A DNA stretch of 64,000 bases from Candidatus Micrarchaeota archaeon. GTDB taxonomy: Archaea; Micrarchaeota; Micrarchaeia; Micrarchaeales; CABMGC01. Shown piece after piece: positions 1 through 8,325 of this stretch (the stretch's first letter is position 1; the number at the start of each line of letters is the position of its first letter). The DNA is taken from contig JAJZKU010000002.1 in the NCBI GenBank assembly GCA_021850705.1, positions 2,825-66,824 on the forward strand, given 5' to 3'. Position numbers and translations under genes: made by a program. Under the pieces are notes generated by a model that saw only the letters and a program-made list of their open reading frames with translations, did no database searches and was not told the origin of the DNA.

Positions 1-130
1 CAAGGCTATAGTCATAAACAGGCCTGGAAGAGAGGGCAATATAAATGCCAAAAAGGCAGAGTAAGGTGTTTGCATACCTTCAAGAGTCTATGTATTTGAT
101 TCCTCAAAAGCACCAGCAGTAAAGAAGCTG

Positions 131-448
131 ATGGAGTACGATCCCTATCTTGATAAGAGCAAGAGTGATGAGGAGATAAGCAAGCTAAAAGAGGATAAAG
201 AAGCGAACATAATATTCGCAAGGCAGGATTATCAGATAAAGGACGGCATATCCCTTGATCTGGACAGGGAGAAGAGCTACCTGTGCATATCGGCAAACCA
301 AGAGTTCCTTGAGAGAGGGGAGCAGAAGCTGAAGAAGAGCATAGAAGGGCTTCAGCGCGCTGATGAAAAGACAGAGAACAAGGTAATAGAAATAATAGAG
401 AACGAGAGGAATCAGAGCGAACAGGGGCTCGGTGCAATTTTTGGGTAA
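131..448 (+). CDS. hypothetical 105-aa acidic/helical protein with a ribosomal-stalk (aP1/L12e)-like C-terminal tail
   Basis: ORF track. Starts MEY... and ends ...NQSEQGLGAIFG*, resembling the conserved GLxALFG C-terminal peptide of archaeal stalk proteins. The body is not recognisably P1-like. Confidence 0.5.
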   Translation: MEYDPYLDKSKSDEEISKLKEDKEANIIFARQDYQIKDGISLDLDREKSYLCISANQEFLERGEQKLKKSIEGLQRADEKTENKVIEIIENERNQSEQGLGAIFG

Positions 449-452
449 TTGA

Positions 453-1142
453 ACGAAGAAAACCGTATGCATCTCTATAGGCGGAAGCATACTCTCGAAA
501 GAGAGCGGGATAAACGTAAAATACGTAAATGAGCTAGCCGCGCTCCTTAAGAAGCGGATAAAGAACACCCGCTTCATATTCGTAGTAGGAGGTGGATACT
601 CGAGCAGGCTCTACATAAGCTCTACGAGGAGCATAATAAGCAATAATGCGATACTCGACCAGATAGGCATAGCGTTCACAAGGATAAATGCGCTGATACT
701 AAAGGACCTTCTATCAGAATTCAATGTTTACCCGAACATAGTAACAACGATGGAAGAACTCACTGCTGGGATAACGCTGAGCGACATAGTCATAATGGGA
801 GGGATAATACCTGGAATAACGACCGATTCTGTAGCTATGCTCGCATGCGAACTTACAGGGTGCAAAAAGATGATAAACATAAGCAGGGAGAATTACGTTT
901 ATGACAGGCCGATAAGGGAGAAGGGCGCAAAGAAGCTTCCAAAGCTCAACCATCAGCAGCTTGTCGATATAGCAAACAGATGTGACGATAGATCTGCTGG
1001 ATCCAATTTCATACTTGACTTCTTCGCAGCGAAGATAGCAAAAAGGTCAAACATAGACATACTATTCGTCAATGACAGCATAACGGAGCTGGCAAAGGCT
1101 CTGGATGGAAAGAAGCACACTGGCAGTATAGTAAGGAATTGA
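453..1142 (+). CDS. pyrH: uridylate (UMP) kinase, archaeal type
   Basis: The track ORF 750..1142 is only the C-terminal part (IVIMGGIIPGITTDSVA...). The same frame stays open back to the TGA at 450-452 and encodes TKKTVCISIGGSILS...FIFVVGGG, the conserved UMPK N-terminus. The total of 229 codons fits archaeal PyrH. There is no ATG/GTG/TTG before 750; the first codon, at 453, is ACG. Confidence 0.8.
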   Translation, partial: TKKTVCISIGGSILSKESGINVKYVNELAALLKKRIKNTRFIFVVGGGYSSRLYISSTRSIISNNAILDQIGIAFTRINALILKDLLSEFNVYPNIVTTMEELTAGITLSDIVIMGGIIPGITTDSVAMLACELTGCKKMINISRENYVYDRPIREKGAKKLPKLNHQQLVDIANRCDDRSAGSNFILDFFAAKIAKRSNIDILFVNDSITELAKALDGKKHTGSIVRN

Positions 1143-1170
1143 ATCTGAATAAGGAACTTAATCTAAAAAA

Positions 1171-1869
1171 TCAGTTCTTTGCCTGCACAGGATCTGCCTT
1201 CTTTACCTGCATAGATTCAGAATTCTTTATATCAGAGAGGCTCTGCAGTGCATAGTATGTTGCAAGCGCCATGTTGTACTTGTCTCTCGTTCTTCCTCTT
1301 GAGAAGGTCCACATATCCTTTATGCCTGCAAGTTCCAAGACGGTCCTTACCGTCTTGCTTGCTATGACCCCTACTCCTCTAGGAGCAGGTTTGAGTATGA
1401 CTTCTGAGCTGCCGCACTTGCCCTTGAGTATCAGTGGCAGAGAGTGTTCTGTTCCGCAGTTGCACTCCCACGAGCCGCATCCCAGCTTTATTGAAATTAT
1501 ATTCTTCTTAGCATCTATTATCGCAGACTCTATCGCAGGCCTTACCTCTATTCCCTTGCCCACTCCTATGCCTACATGACCTCTTCCGTCTCCGACGACT
1601 GCGGTGATCCTGAACTTCGCCTTCCTGTTGTTCTTGGTCATTCTCTGCACAGAAGCTATCTCAAGAACATTGTCCTTTATGTCTGGTATAAGCGTATTGA
1701 TTATCTCGACTTCGCGTATGTCCTTGCCCATGTTGAATATCTCTTCTACGCTCTTTATCTCCCCGTTCTTTACCATGAGTCCTATCTTTGTCTTTGGCTT
1801 CCACTCAGGAGCGGGAGCCTCTTCCCTGAAATTTCTTCTTTCTCGTCTATAATTTTCCAAAATAATCAC
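1171..1869 (-). CDS. rps5: 30S ribosomal protein uS5
   Basis: RITAVVGDGRGHVGIGVGKG motif. It is the last gene of the spc-like operon. Confidence 0.95.
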   Translation of the reverse strand: MIILENYRRERRNFREEAPAPEWKPKTKIGLMVKNGEIKSVEEIFNMGKDIREVEIINTLIPDIKDNVLEIASVQRMTKNNRKAKFRITAVVGDGRGHVGIGVGKGIEVRPAIESAIIDAKKNIISIKLGCGSWECNCGTEHSLPLILKGKCGSSEVILKPAPRGVGVIASKTVRTVLELAGIKDMWTFSRGRTRDKYNMALATYYALQSLSDIKNSESMQVKKADPVQAKN

Positions 1870-2441
1870 GCCTTCATGCTCTCTAATGCCTTCTTCGTAT
1901 CATTGAACAGCTTGCCGAGCGATTCAGGATCATGCCCCTCCTTTATGTATGCGCCGTACTGCTTCTCGAAGAGCTTCTTGTCCTTCTTCAATGATGTTGC
2001 ATAGCTTGCATCCGAATAATTATAAATGTCCTCCTTTATATCGAAGGTTCCGCGTATATTCATGCCTGCATCCTTGCATCCCTTTGCAAAGACGAATGAG
2101 AGCGAATTCTTTATCGGAGAATTCAGCCCTATGTCAAGTATGTACTCCTCTTTCTTGCCGCTTGCTACCTTCTTTCCGAGAAGATAACCCGTAAGATAAG
2201 CGGTTGCCCTGTTTGCCCTGCTCGGCCACTTCATCTTTACCAGCTCTCTTGAATCAGCCCTTGCCATCACCATATCTCCCTTCTCAGAGTATGTGACAAT
2301 CTGGCCTATTATTGTGCTGTTGGATCTCCTGAACACTACCCTTGTAATCCCTCCCTTTACCATTCCGAACCTCTTCTTATAGTTCGTGGCGGACTCTCTC
2401 CTTCTTCTGAATTTAACATTCTTTATAATCTTCTTTTTCAT
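1866..2441 (-). CDS. rpl18: 50S ribosomal protein uL18
   Basis: N-terminus KFRRRRESATNYKKR. Operon position is between L19e and S5, with a 4-nt overlap with rps5. Confidence 0.93.
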   Translation of the reverse strand: MKKKIIKNVKFRRRRESATNYKKRFGMVKGGITRVVFRRSNSTIIGQIVTYSEKGDMVMARADSRELVKMKWPSRANRATAYLTGYLLGKKVASGKKEEYILDIGLNSPIKNSLSFVFAKGCKDAGMNIRGTFDIKEDIYNYSDASYATSLKKDKKLFEKQYGAYIKEGHDPESLGKLFNDTKKALESMKA

Positions 2442-2938
2442 GAACCTCTCCTGTATCTGGCAGCAAGTGCCTCATTTATCTTCTTGACTTCAGCATCGCC
2501 TAGCTTTATCCCTGCTTCCTTCATGTGTGCTATAAGCGTTGCCTTTGTAGCATATACGTTTCCCTTTATGTGCCTGTAATAAGCGTTGTAAACCTTAGAA
2601 TCAACGAGACCCATGCCCTTAACCTCACGCAGGAGCGCTCTCTGAGCCCTTACCTTCTTCTCCCACTTCCTGCCCATTCTTGCCTTTCTTGTACCCTTTC
2701 TTCTGCCCGTACCTCTTCTCCTTCCTTCCTCTCTGAGTTTCTTGAGCTTCTTGGCGTTGAGACTGAGGTTCTTCTTCTCCTTTAAGGCATAGACCGCTCC
2801 GCTTGAGACTAACTTTCTCACATCCTCCTTTGTAAGTGCATTGTTTGCATCAGCCTCAGAGCCCTTCTTTATCCTTATCGCGCTCTCTCCTCTCTTCATG
2901 ATGAGTGACGCTGCTCTCTTTGTGAATTTTATACTCAT
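2438..2938 (-). CDS. rpl19e: 50S ribosomal protein eL19
   Basis: RRGTGRRKGTRKARMGRKWEKKVRAQR motif. Archaeal gene order. Confidence 0.93.
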   Translation of the reverse strand: MSIKFTKRAASLIMKRGESAIRIKKGSEADANNALTKEDVRKLVSSGAVYALKEKKNLSLNAKKLKKLREEGRRRGTGRRKGTRKARMGRKWEKKVRAQRALLREVKGMGLVDSKVYNAYYRHIKGNVYATKATLIAHMKEAGIKLGDAEVKKINEALAARYRRGS

Positions 2939-2942
2939 GATA

Positions 2943-3422
2943 TTAACCTTTTACATTGTTGCTTTTCTGATTTTCAGGCTTTGGTTTTGACTCTGCTCCT
3001 GCACTCTTCTGCTTTGCCTCTGTGCCGACAGTCTTTGGCTTCACCTCTGCCTTGAAGCTGTTCGAGATCCTTATCTTCTTCTCGTCAGCTACCTTCTGCA
3101 GCTCCATCCTGCTCCTCTTTGAAAGGTCATGGGCGAACTTTGCCGTTATCCCTTCCTTTCCTGCAAGCCCTTCGAGCTCGCCTCTGTTGTGGACCACGAA
3201 TTCCATAGTCCCATCCTGCCTTAAGAATCTAACCTTATCGCTGTTCTTGAAGCCTATCATGGGCATCACGCCCACATTCTTCTTCTTTGCGCGCATATGG
3301 TTGTCGTTTCCACGCTGGCTTCTCCAGACATTCTTTACTCTGGATCTGCGCTTTGCTCCGTAATTAGGTCTCTTGAATGTCGGAACCTTTCTCTTTACAA
3401 CCTTCTTTGCGTTTTTAACCAT
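2943..3422 (-). CDS. rpl32e: 50S ribosomal protein eL32
   Basis: FKRPNYGAKRRSRVKNVWRSQRGNDNHMR motif, with a Lys/Glu-rich C-terminal extension. Confidence 0.9.
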   Translation of the reverse strand: MVKNAKKVVKRKVPTFKRPNYGAKRRSRVKNVWRSQRGNDNHMRAKKKNVGVMPMIGFKNSDKVRFLRQDGTMEFVVHNRGELEGLAGKEGITAKFAHDLSKRSRMELQKVADEKKIRISNSFKAEVKPKTVGTEAKQKSAGAESKPKPENQKSNNVKG

Positions 3423-3426
3423 GATA

Positions 3427-3960
3427 TCACTCTTCTATTACTGTGTATATGCCATCCTGGAAGACGCGCGTGTCGTTGCCTCTTGCAGCGCATGCCTTCC
3501 TTATGTTTGCTACCGTCTGTCCTACATCATATCTGTCTATTCCTGTGACCGTGACGTCCTGTCCCTTTATCTCAACCTTGGTCTCTCCTACTATATTGGT
3601 CTTCCTCGGCACCTTTTCGCCGAAGATATTCTTTATGCTTATCTCTTTGCCCTTTATTTCAACGGACATCGGGAAGTGGGCGTATACTATCTTCATGTGT
3701 TCCTCTATGCCTTCATTAACTGCCTTTATTGCATCATTAAGTACGTTTGCAAGTGCATGCTCTGCTGTGCTCGCCCTCCTCTGCATGCTCTTTATTTTTG
3801 AGCCTTCTATGACAACAGCATTACCTTCTACCTTTACGCTGGCGAACTTCTTGTTGAACTTCTTTTTAGTGCTCCCGAGCTTGCCCTTTATCACTATATA
3901 ATCATTGTCAACGCTTATCTGCGTGCCATTCGGAATCTCTATCTTTTCCATAATCATCAA
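3427..3960 (-). CDS. rpl6: 50S ribosomal protein uL6
   Basis: IEIPNGTQISVDNDYIVIKGKLG N-terminus and operon position. Confidence 0.92.
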   Translation of the reverse strand: MMIMEKIEIPNGTQISVDNDYIVIKGKLGSTKKKFNKKFASVKVEGNAVVIEGSKIKSMQRRASTAEHALANVLNDAIKAVNEGIEEHMKIVYAHFPMSVEIKGKEISIKNIFGEKVPRKTNIVGETKVEIKGQDVTVTGIDRYDVGQTVANIRKACAARGNDTRVFQDGIYTVIEE

Positions 3961-4340
3961 TATACATAGGCTATTAGCCTTCCTCCTGTCTTGTTCTGCT
4001 TTGCCTCCCTGTTTGTAAGTATGCCCTTTGGCGTCGAGAGTATCAATACGCCGAAATCCTTGCTCGGTATGAATCTTGTCTCGTACTTCTGGAATTCGTC
4101 AAGCTTTATAGCATACCTTGGCTTTATAACTCCTATATCGTTTATCTTCTTCGACAAGCTTACCTTGAGCTTGCTGAACCTTCCATCCTTTACCTCCTCA
4201 AAACCGCTTATGTAGTTGTTATCCTTCATCTTTTCAAGGACGGCACGTATCAGCTTCGTGGAGCTTACCTCACACTCGTCGAACCCGTTGTTCTCATAGA
4301 CCTTTATCTTGTTTATAGCATCTGCGAATACGTCTACCAT
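3957..4340 (-). CDS. rps8: 30S ribosomal protein uS8
   Basis: The track ORF 3957..4403 overlaps rps14. The internal start MVDVFADAINKIK (ATG at 4340) gives the canonical S8 N-terminus. Confidence 0.9.
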   Translation of the reverse strand: MVDVFADAINKIKVYENNGFDECEVSSTKLIRAVLEKMKDNNYISGFEEVKDGRFSKLKVSLSKKINDIGVIKPRYAIKLDEFQKYETRFIPSKDFGVLILSTPKGILTNREAKQNKTGGRLIAYVY

Positions 4341-4348
4341 GAATATCA

Positions 4349-4483
4349 CTAATACTTCTCGAATCCTACCTCTCTTCCTACCTCCCTGAAGCATCTCCTG
4401 CATACGTAGAGGTCATAGGAGCGTATGAGGCCTCGTGCAGTTCCACATATCCTGCACTTTCTCTTTGCTCTTCCTTTCTGCAT
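4349..4483 (-). CDS. rps14: 30S ribosomal protein uS14 (short zinc-type)
   Basis: Not in the ORF track because it is under 60 aa. Manual translation of the minus strand gives MQKGRAKRKCRICGTARGLIRSYDLYVCRRCFREVGREVGFEKY* with a CxxC...CxxC motif. It lies between rpl5 and rps8 as in all archaea. Confidence 0.9.
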   Translation of the reverse strand: MQKGRAKRKCRICGTARGLIRSYDLYVCRRCFREVGREVGFEKY

Positions 4484-4509
4484 AAGTTCAAATGTCAATT
4501 TCATCAAAA

Positions 4510-5043
4510 TCACTCTTCCTCTCCGGTCTTCGCACCGAAGTTCTTCTGCATATACTCTTTTATCTCCTCCTTGCTTATTCCTCCATGCTTCTTGGAGACC
4601 TTGGAAGCTCTTACTCTCTTCAGTTCAACGCGCTTTCCCTTTCTTGCAAAAGCCGCATTGACATTCATTCCAAGCATTCCTATGGCAGGGTCGTACTTGA
4701 CTCCCTGCAGGTAAATGTATTCCTTTACACCGAAGCTTAATGAATTGTTCGATATGCATGAATCCTTGTATACGTTCTCATTTGCCTCAAGAGCTTTCTT
4801 TAACAGGATCCTGGCATCCTCATTTCTCAATGTCACCATCGCCCCTATTATCTGGCCCTTCCTTATTCCAAGCTCAGGTCTCCTTCTCTTCGAAAGCGTT
4901 GCAACAGGCTTCTTCCCTGTTATCTTCTCGAGCAGCATGCGTGCATTCTGGAACATGTTGTCATTGTCCCCTATGCCTATATTTACGACTACCTTGTCCA
5001 GGTAAATCTCTCTCATAGGGTTGACGTTCGCCATATTATGCAC
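4510..5043 (-). CDS. rpl5: 50S ribosomal protein uL5
   Basis: NPMREIYLDKVVVNIGIG motif and operon position. Confidence 0.93.
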   Translation of the reverse strand: MHNMANVNPMREIYLDKVVVNIGIGDNDNMFQNARMLLEKITGKKPVATLSKRRRPELGIRKGQIIGAMVTLRNEDARILLKKALEANENVYKDSCISNNSLSFGVKEYIYLQGVKYDPAIGMLGMNVNAAFARKGKRVELKRVRASKVSKKHGGISKEEIKEYMQKNFGAKTGEEE

Positions 5044-5713
5044 CTATAACTATTACATTCCTAAGAACGGTCTCTATCCTTCCGCCCTTTCCTTCTATCT
5101 CTACCGTAGGCTCCCTTCCTGCAGCTCCCTTCCTTATCTCTACTATGCTGCCTTTTTCAGCAGAGTGGATTCCGCTTATGATCAGGCACTGCGCGCCCTT
5201 CTCAAGCTTCACCACCTTCTCTATCTTTCCGTCGTTAAGCTTTACCGAATCATTTACATTTGCATCCTTTACTGCGGGTACTAAGGTGCCGTCATGGAGC
5301 CTGAGCATCAGCTTCCCTCCTTTGTAAACATACTTGCCAACTATCTTGAGAGTCTGCGCTTTGTTGTCGGTCTTTTCTGCGTTTATCCTGCCTTTGTTGT
5401 CAACTCCTATCCTGTAGACCTCATTGCTAGGGACAATCTCTACAATGTCCTCAAGCCCTATCGCAGCTCTCTCATCCTTTACTACCTTTCCATTAACCTT
5501 GACCTTGCCCTCCTTTATTACCTTCTTCATCTCATAGGTGCTGCTTCCGATGCCTATTGATTCCTTGAGAACGGTTACAAGGGCAACGCTGTTCTGGAGC
5601 GTGTGCCTGCCAAGCATAGGCTTTGCAATATACTTGCTCATTTTCTTGTCAACTCGCATGTATCTTGGGGATGCCATGCGGTTCAAATGGTTGCTGCCTC
5701 CTTTCTTGCTCAT
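5036..5713 (-). CDS. rps4e: 30S ribosomal protein eS4
   Basis: GGSNHLNRMASPRYMRVDKK N-terminus and operon position. Confidence 0.93.
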   Translation of the reverse strand: MSKKGGSNHLNRMASPRYMRVDKKMSKYIAKPMLGRHTLQNSVALVTVLKESIGIGSSTYEMKKVIKEGKVKVNGKVVKDERAAIGLEDIVEIVPSNEVYRIGVDNKGRINAEKTDNKAQTLKIVGKYVYKGGKLMLRLHDGTLVPAVKDANVNDSVKLNDGKIEKVVKLEKGAQCLIISGIHSAEKGSIVEIRKGAAGREPTVEIEGKGGRIETVLRNVIVIGA

Positions 5714-6087
5714 TTCACACTCCTCTTGAAAGATTCAAGCTTCTCCTTTCTCAGTTTGTCAGTATCATCAAGTTCTGTTATGTATACATTTGAAGCGCTA
5801 ATAGGTATCGGAAGCTCCTTGCCCTTTGCATTCTTCCTTACCACTCCGTTTACAGTTACCGTGTACCTCTTCAGGTCAACATCGCTTACCTTTCCTGATT
5901 TGCCCTTTGATGACCCTTTCATCACCATTACAGTATCACCCTTTCTGACAGCTATGCTCCTCTTCTTTATGCCAAGTTTCTCCGAAAGTTGCTTTGATAT
6001 GTGGGCATTGACCATATGCTGCCTGAGGTGCATAGGCGCACTGTATCTGAATATTCTCTGCTTTCTAGGTTTGCCGCTCTCTATCAT
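5710..6087 (-). CDS. rpl24: 50S ribosomal protein uL24
   Basis: KPRKQRIFRYSAPMHLRQHM and KGDTVMVMKGSSKGKSGKV (KOW) motifs. Confidence 0.93.
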   Translation of the reverse strand: MIESGKPRKQRIFRYSAPMHLRQHMVNAHISKQLSEKLGIKKRSIAVRKGDTVMVMKGSSKGKSGKVSDVDLKRYTVTVNGVVRKNAKGKELPIPISASNVYITELDDTDKLRKEKLESFKRSVK

Positions 6088-6498
6088 TCATACCACTCTT
6101 GACGCAATTCCTCCTATCTTGACAAACCTTTCGACTACCTCCCTTGCCATTGCACCCTTTACCTCTGTGCCTATAGGCAGGTTCTCGTCATTTACCATGA
6201 TCCCGGCATTATCCTCAAACTTTACCCTCATGCCATTAGAGCGCCTTATCGAGGCTCTCTGTCTTATTATGACCACACGCACTGGCTTTTTGATATACGT
6301 TGGATTACCCTTTCTGACGCTTGCAGATACTATGTCTCCTACGCCTGCAGCGGTAAGCTTTCCAGGTCTTCCGCCAGTCTTTCCTATTATATGTATCATC
6401 CTGAAGGTATATGCCCCGCTGTTATCTGCGCAGTGTATCTCTGTGCCAGGTATAAGTGTCTTTGTTACTTTTGAAGCTACTCCTTTCATAAAAATCAC
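6088..6498 (-). CDS. rpl14: 50S ribosomal protein uL14
   Basis: EIHCADNSGA motif and operon position. Confidence 0.93.
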   Translation of the reverse strand: MIFMKGVASKVTKTLIPGTEIHCADNSGAYTFRMIHIIGKTGGRPGKLTAAGVGDIVSASVRKGNPTYIKKPVRVVIIRQRASIRRSNGMRVKFEDNAGIMVNDENLPIGTEVKGAMAREVVERFVKIGGIASRVV

Positions 6499-6785
6499 TC
6501 TTTATTCTCAATTCCAGTTATGACGAAGGATTTGGTCTTGCTCAACCGTCTTGTCTCATGCATGTTTACGGTATCACCGAGCTTTGCGTTTATGCACTCC
6601 GGATTGTGTGCAGGTATTCTTGACCTCTTTCTTAAATATCTCTCGTATTTGTATATGTATCTGGTGTAGTCTAGCTTGACTATTGCGGTCTTCTTGACCT
6701 TGTCGCTTACGACTGTGCCAGTCACCAGCATGCCTCTTGTCTTAAGCCCATGGTGAACAGGGCAGTTTTTGTCGTTGCATTCCAG
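6495..6785 (-). CDS. rps17: 30S ribosomal protein uS17 (start uncertain, non-ATG/GTG/TTG)
   Basis: The track ORF 6495..6731 starts at MLVTGTVVSDK. The same frame is open up to 6797 and encodes ...LECNDKNCPVHHGLKTRG, the conserved archaeal S17 CxDxxCPxHG N-terminal motif. The only near-cognate codon upstream of that motif is CTG at 6785-6783. Confidence 0.8.
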   Translation of the reverse strand: MECNDKNCPVHHGLKTRGMLVTGTVVSDKVKKTAIVKLDYTRYIYKYERYLRKRSRIPAHNPECINAKLGDTVNMHETRRLSKTKSFVITGIENKE

Positions 6786-6789
6786 AAAA

Positions 6790-7080
6790 TCACTCTCTCA
6801 TTTTGTAAAACTTCAGGCTTTTTTCTATTCTGTCATACGGCCTGAAATTTATCTCTTCTCCTCTTACTACAAATCTTCTCTTAGACACATTGAACGCGAA
6901 TTTTGAATTCTTCTTTACTATGCTCTTTACGCCTTTGCCATCAAAGACTCTGAGGGTGTTTTTTGTCTCATCGATCACAAGACCGGAGATACCCTTTTGC
7001 TTTTTGTCCAAAGAATCTATGACCTTTACCTTTAGACCTATTAGCTCGTTAATGACGATGTTTCTGTTGCTGTAGTCCAT
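6790..7080 (-). CDS. rnp1: RNase P protein component 1 (Rpp29/Pop4)
   Basis: NELIGLKVKVIDSLDKKQKGISGLVIDETKNTLRV motif, immediately upstream of rps17 as in archaeal S10-spc clusters. Confidence 0.85.
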   Translation of the reverse strand: MDYSNRNIVINELIGLKVKVIDSLDKKQKGISGLVIDETKNTLRVFDGKGVKSIVKKNSKFAFNVSKRRFVVRGEEINFRPYDRIEKSLKFYKMRE

Positions 7081-7105
7081 GATAACCTTAAGCGTATAGT
7101 AAGTG

Positions 7106-7112
7106 TTTAAAT
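7106..7112 (-). promoter_or_regulatory. TATA box (TTTAAAT) for the Rpp29-to-S5 r-protein operon
   Basis: It lies 26-32 nt upstream of the ATG at 7080. The spacing implies a leaderless or very short-leader transcript. Confidence 0.45.
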
Positions 7113-7183
7113 GACCTACTTATTTAAACCTTTTGTTGTTCATCAGAGATTAAGCGCTGCATGTGTTGACGGCACTCTCGCTC

Positions 7184-7720
7184 TCACTTTTTCAATGTAG
7201 CATCGCCCTCCTTCCAGTTCACTGGGCAGAGCCCTCCTGTCTGCAGAGCGGTAACGACCCGGTATGTCTCATCAGTGCTTCTTCCAACATTATCGTGCGT
7301 AACCACTACGTACTTTATAATTCCATCAGGATCTATGACAAACAAACCTCTAAGGGCATTGCCCGTCCTGTCATCATAAACGTCATAAACTCTTGATATT
7401 ATTCCATTCCTGTCAGATGCCAGGTAGTACTGTATGCCCTGCAGCCTCTTGTCTGCCTCTATCCAGGCCTTATGCGTAAAAACGGTATCTGTGCTTACTG
7501 CTATGACCTCGCAGTTCTTGTTTAGGAACTTCTTGTAGTCCTTTGCAAAGCCCTCAAGCTCCGTAGGGCATACAAAGGTGAAGTCTGCCGGGTAGAAAAA
7601 GAGTATTACCCACTTTCCTCTGAAATCGCTCAACTTTATCTTCTTGAAATCATTATCCTTGAATGCCTCAGTCTCGAATGCCGGCGCTTCCTTGTTTATA
7701 AAATTCATTTTATCACTCAC
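7184..7720 (-). CDS. typical 2-Cys peroxiredoxin (AhpC/Tsa family)
   Basis: FFYPADFTFVCPTE peroxidatic Cys motif and GGLCPVNW resolving Cys motif. Confidence 0.92.
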   Translation of the reverse strand: MSDKMNFINKEAPAFETEAFKDNDFKKIKLSDFRGKWVILFFYPADFTFVCPTELEGFAKDYKKFLNKNCEVIAVSTDTVFTHKAWIEADKRLQGIQYYLASDRNGIISRVYDVYDDRTGNALRGLFVIDPDGIIKYVVVTHDNVGRSTDETYRVVTALQTGGLCPVNWKEGDATLKK

Positions 7721-7809
7721 AAATAGAACTTGGTAATATATCTACTAAAGCTAATAAAAACCTTGCTGAAACATGCTTTGCCAATAACTCATGCTATCCT
7801 GACAATGCT

Positions 7810-8325
7810 TCATACAGGTCCTGTATAATTTACATGCTCTCCATACTCTATCGAAAAGGAAGGCGCTGTCTCAAGGACCATATTCCCTATATTGCATATG
7901 CTATTCTGCGACAGAGGTGTCCCGGAATATGTATAATTGACCATTCCGTTAGATATCCAGGACTGTTTAAGTGGAATAAAGGTATTCTTCATCCAGAAGC
8001 ACTGCATCGAATCATTGCTGAATACGAAGAGAATTCCGGCACATTTGCCAAGCCCATTACAATTGCCTATTCCTGATGCATTCATATAGCCGAGCTGCTG
8101 AAGCCTGAGCGTATTAGCTATGTATACGTGATAGGAGGAATTGCCGATATTGAGCGTGCCAACACCAAACTCCATGTTGAGCAATGCTGTGCTGTTGTTA
8201 TTCTCTCTGCCAGTAGCAATGCCTAGCTGACTAAAGTAAACATATGTTATCGAAAATATAAGTAGAATGATGATAAGCATGACAACAATCTGAATCTTGC
8301 CATGACTCATATGATACACTTGCAA
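7810..8325 (-). CDS. membrane-anchored DUF192-like protein
   Basis: N-terminal TM helix. GILFVFSNDSMQCFWMKNTFIPL resembles the DUF192 (COG1430) core GMLF...FWMKNTxIPLD. Confidence 0.55.
   Translation of the reverse strand: MQVYHMSHGKIQIVVMLIIILLIFSITYVYFSQLGIATGRENNNSTALLNMEFGVGTLNIGNSSYHVYIANTLRLQQLGYMNASGIGNCNGLGKCAGILFVFSNDSMQCFWMKNTFIPLKQSWISNGMVNYTYSGTPLSQNSICNIGNMVLETAPSFSIEYGEHVNYTGPV

Noticed and set aside
2-64. 3' end of an upstream plus-strand ORF (...KAIVINRPGREGNINAKKAE*)
   Set aside because: Only 20 codons are visible at the window edge, which is too short to identify or to support as a feature.
5603-6523. 306-aa plus-strand ORF
   Set aside because: It is entirely antisense to the well-supported rpl24 and rpl14 genes. 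The composition is low-complexity and Ser/Leu/Phe-rich, typical of the reverse frame of A/G-rich codons. It has no promoter or homology.
6790-6800. Possible TGA read-through or recoding fusing Rpp29 and S17
   Set aside because: On re-indexing, the Rpp29 stop (6792-6790) and the S17 frame are in different reading frames. TGA also clearly terminates other genes here, such as rps5 and rpl18, so there is no evidence for stop-codon reassignment.
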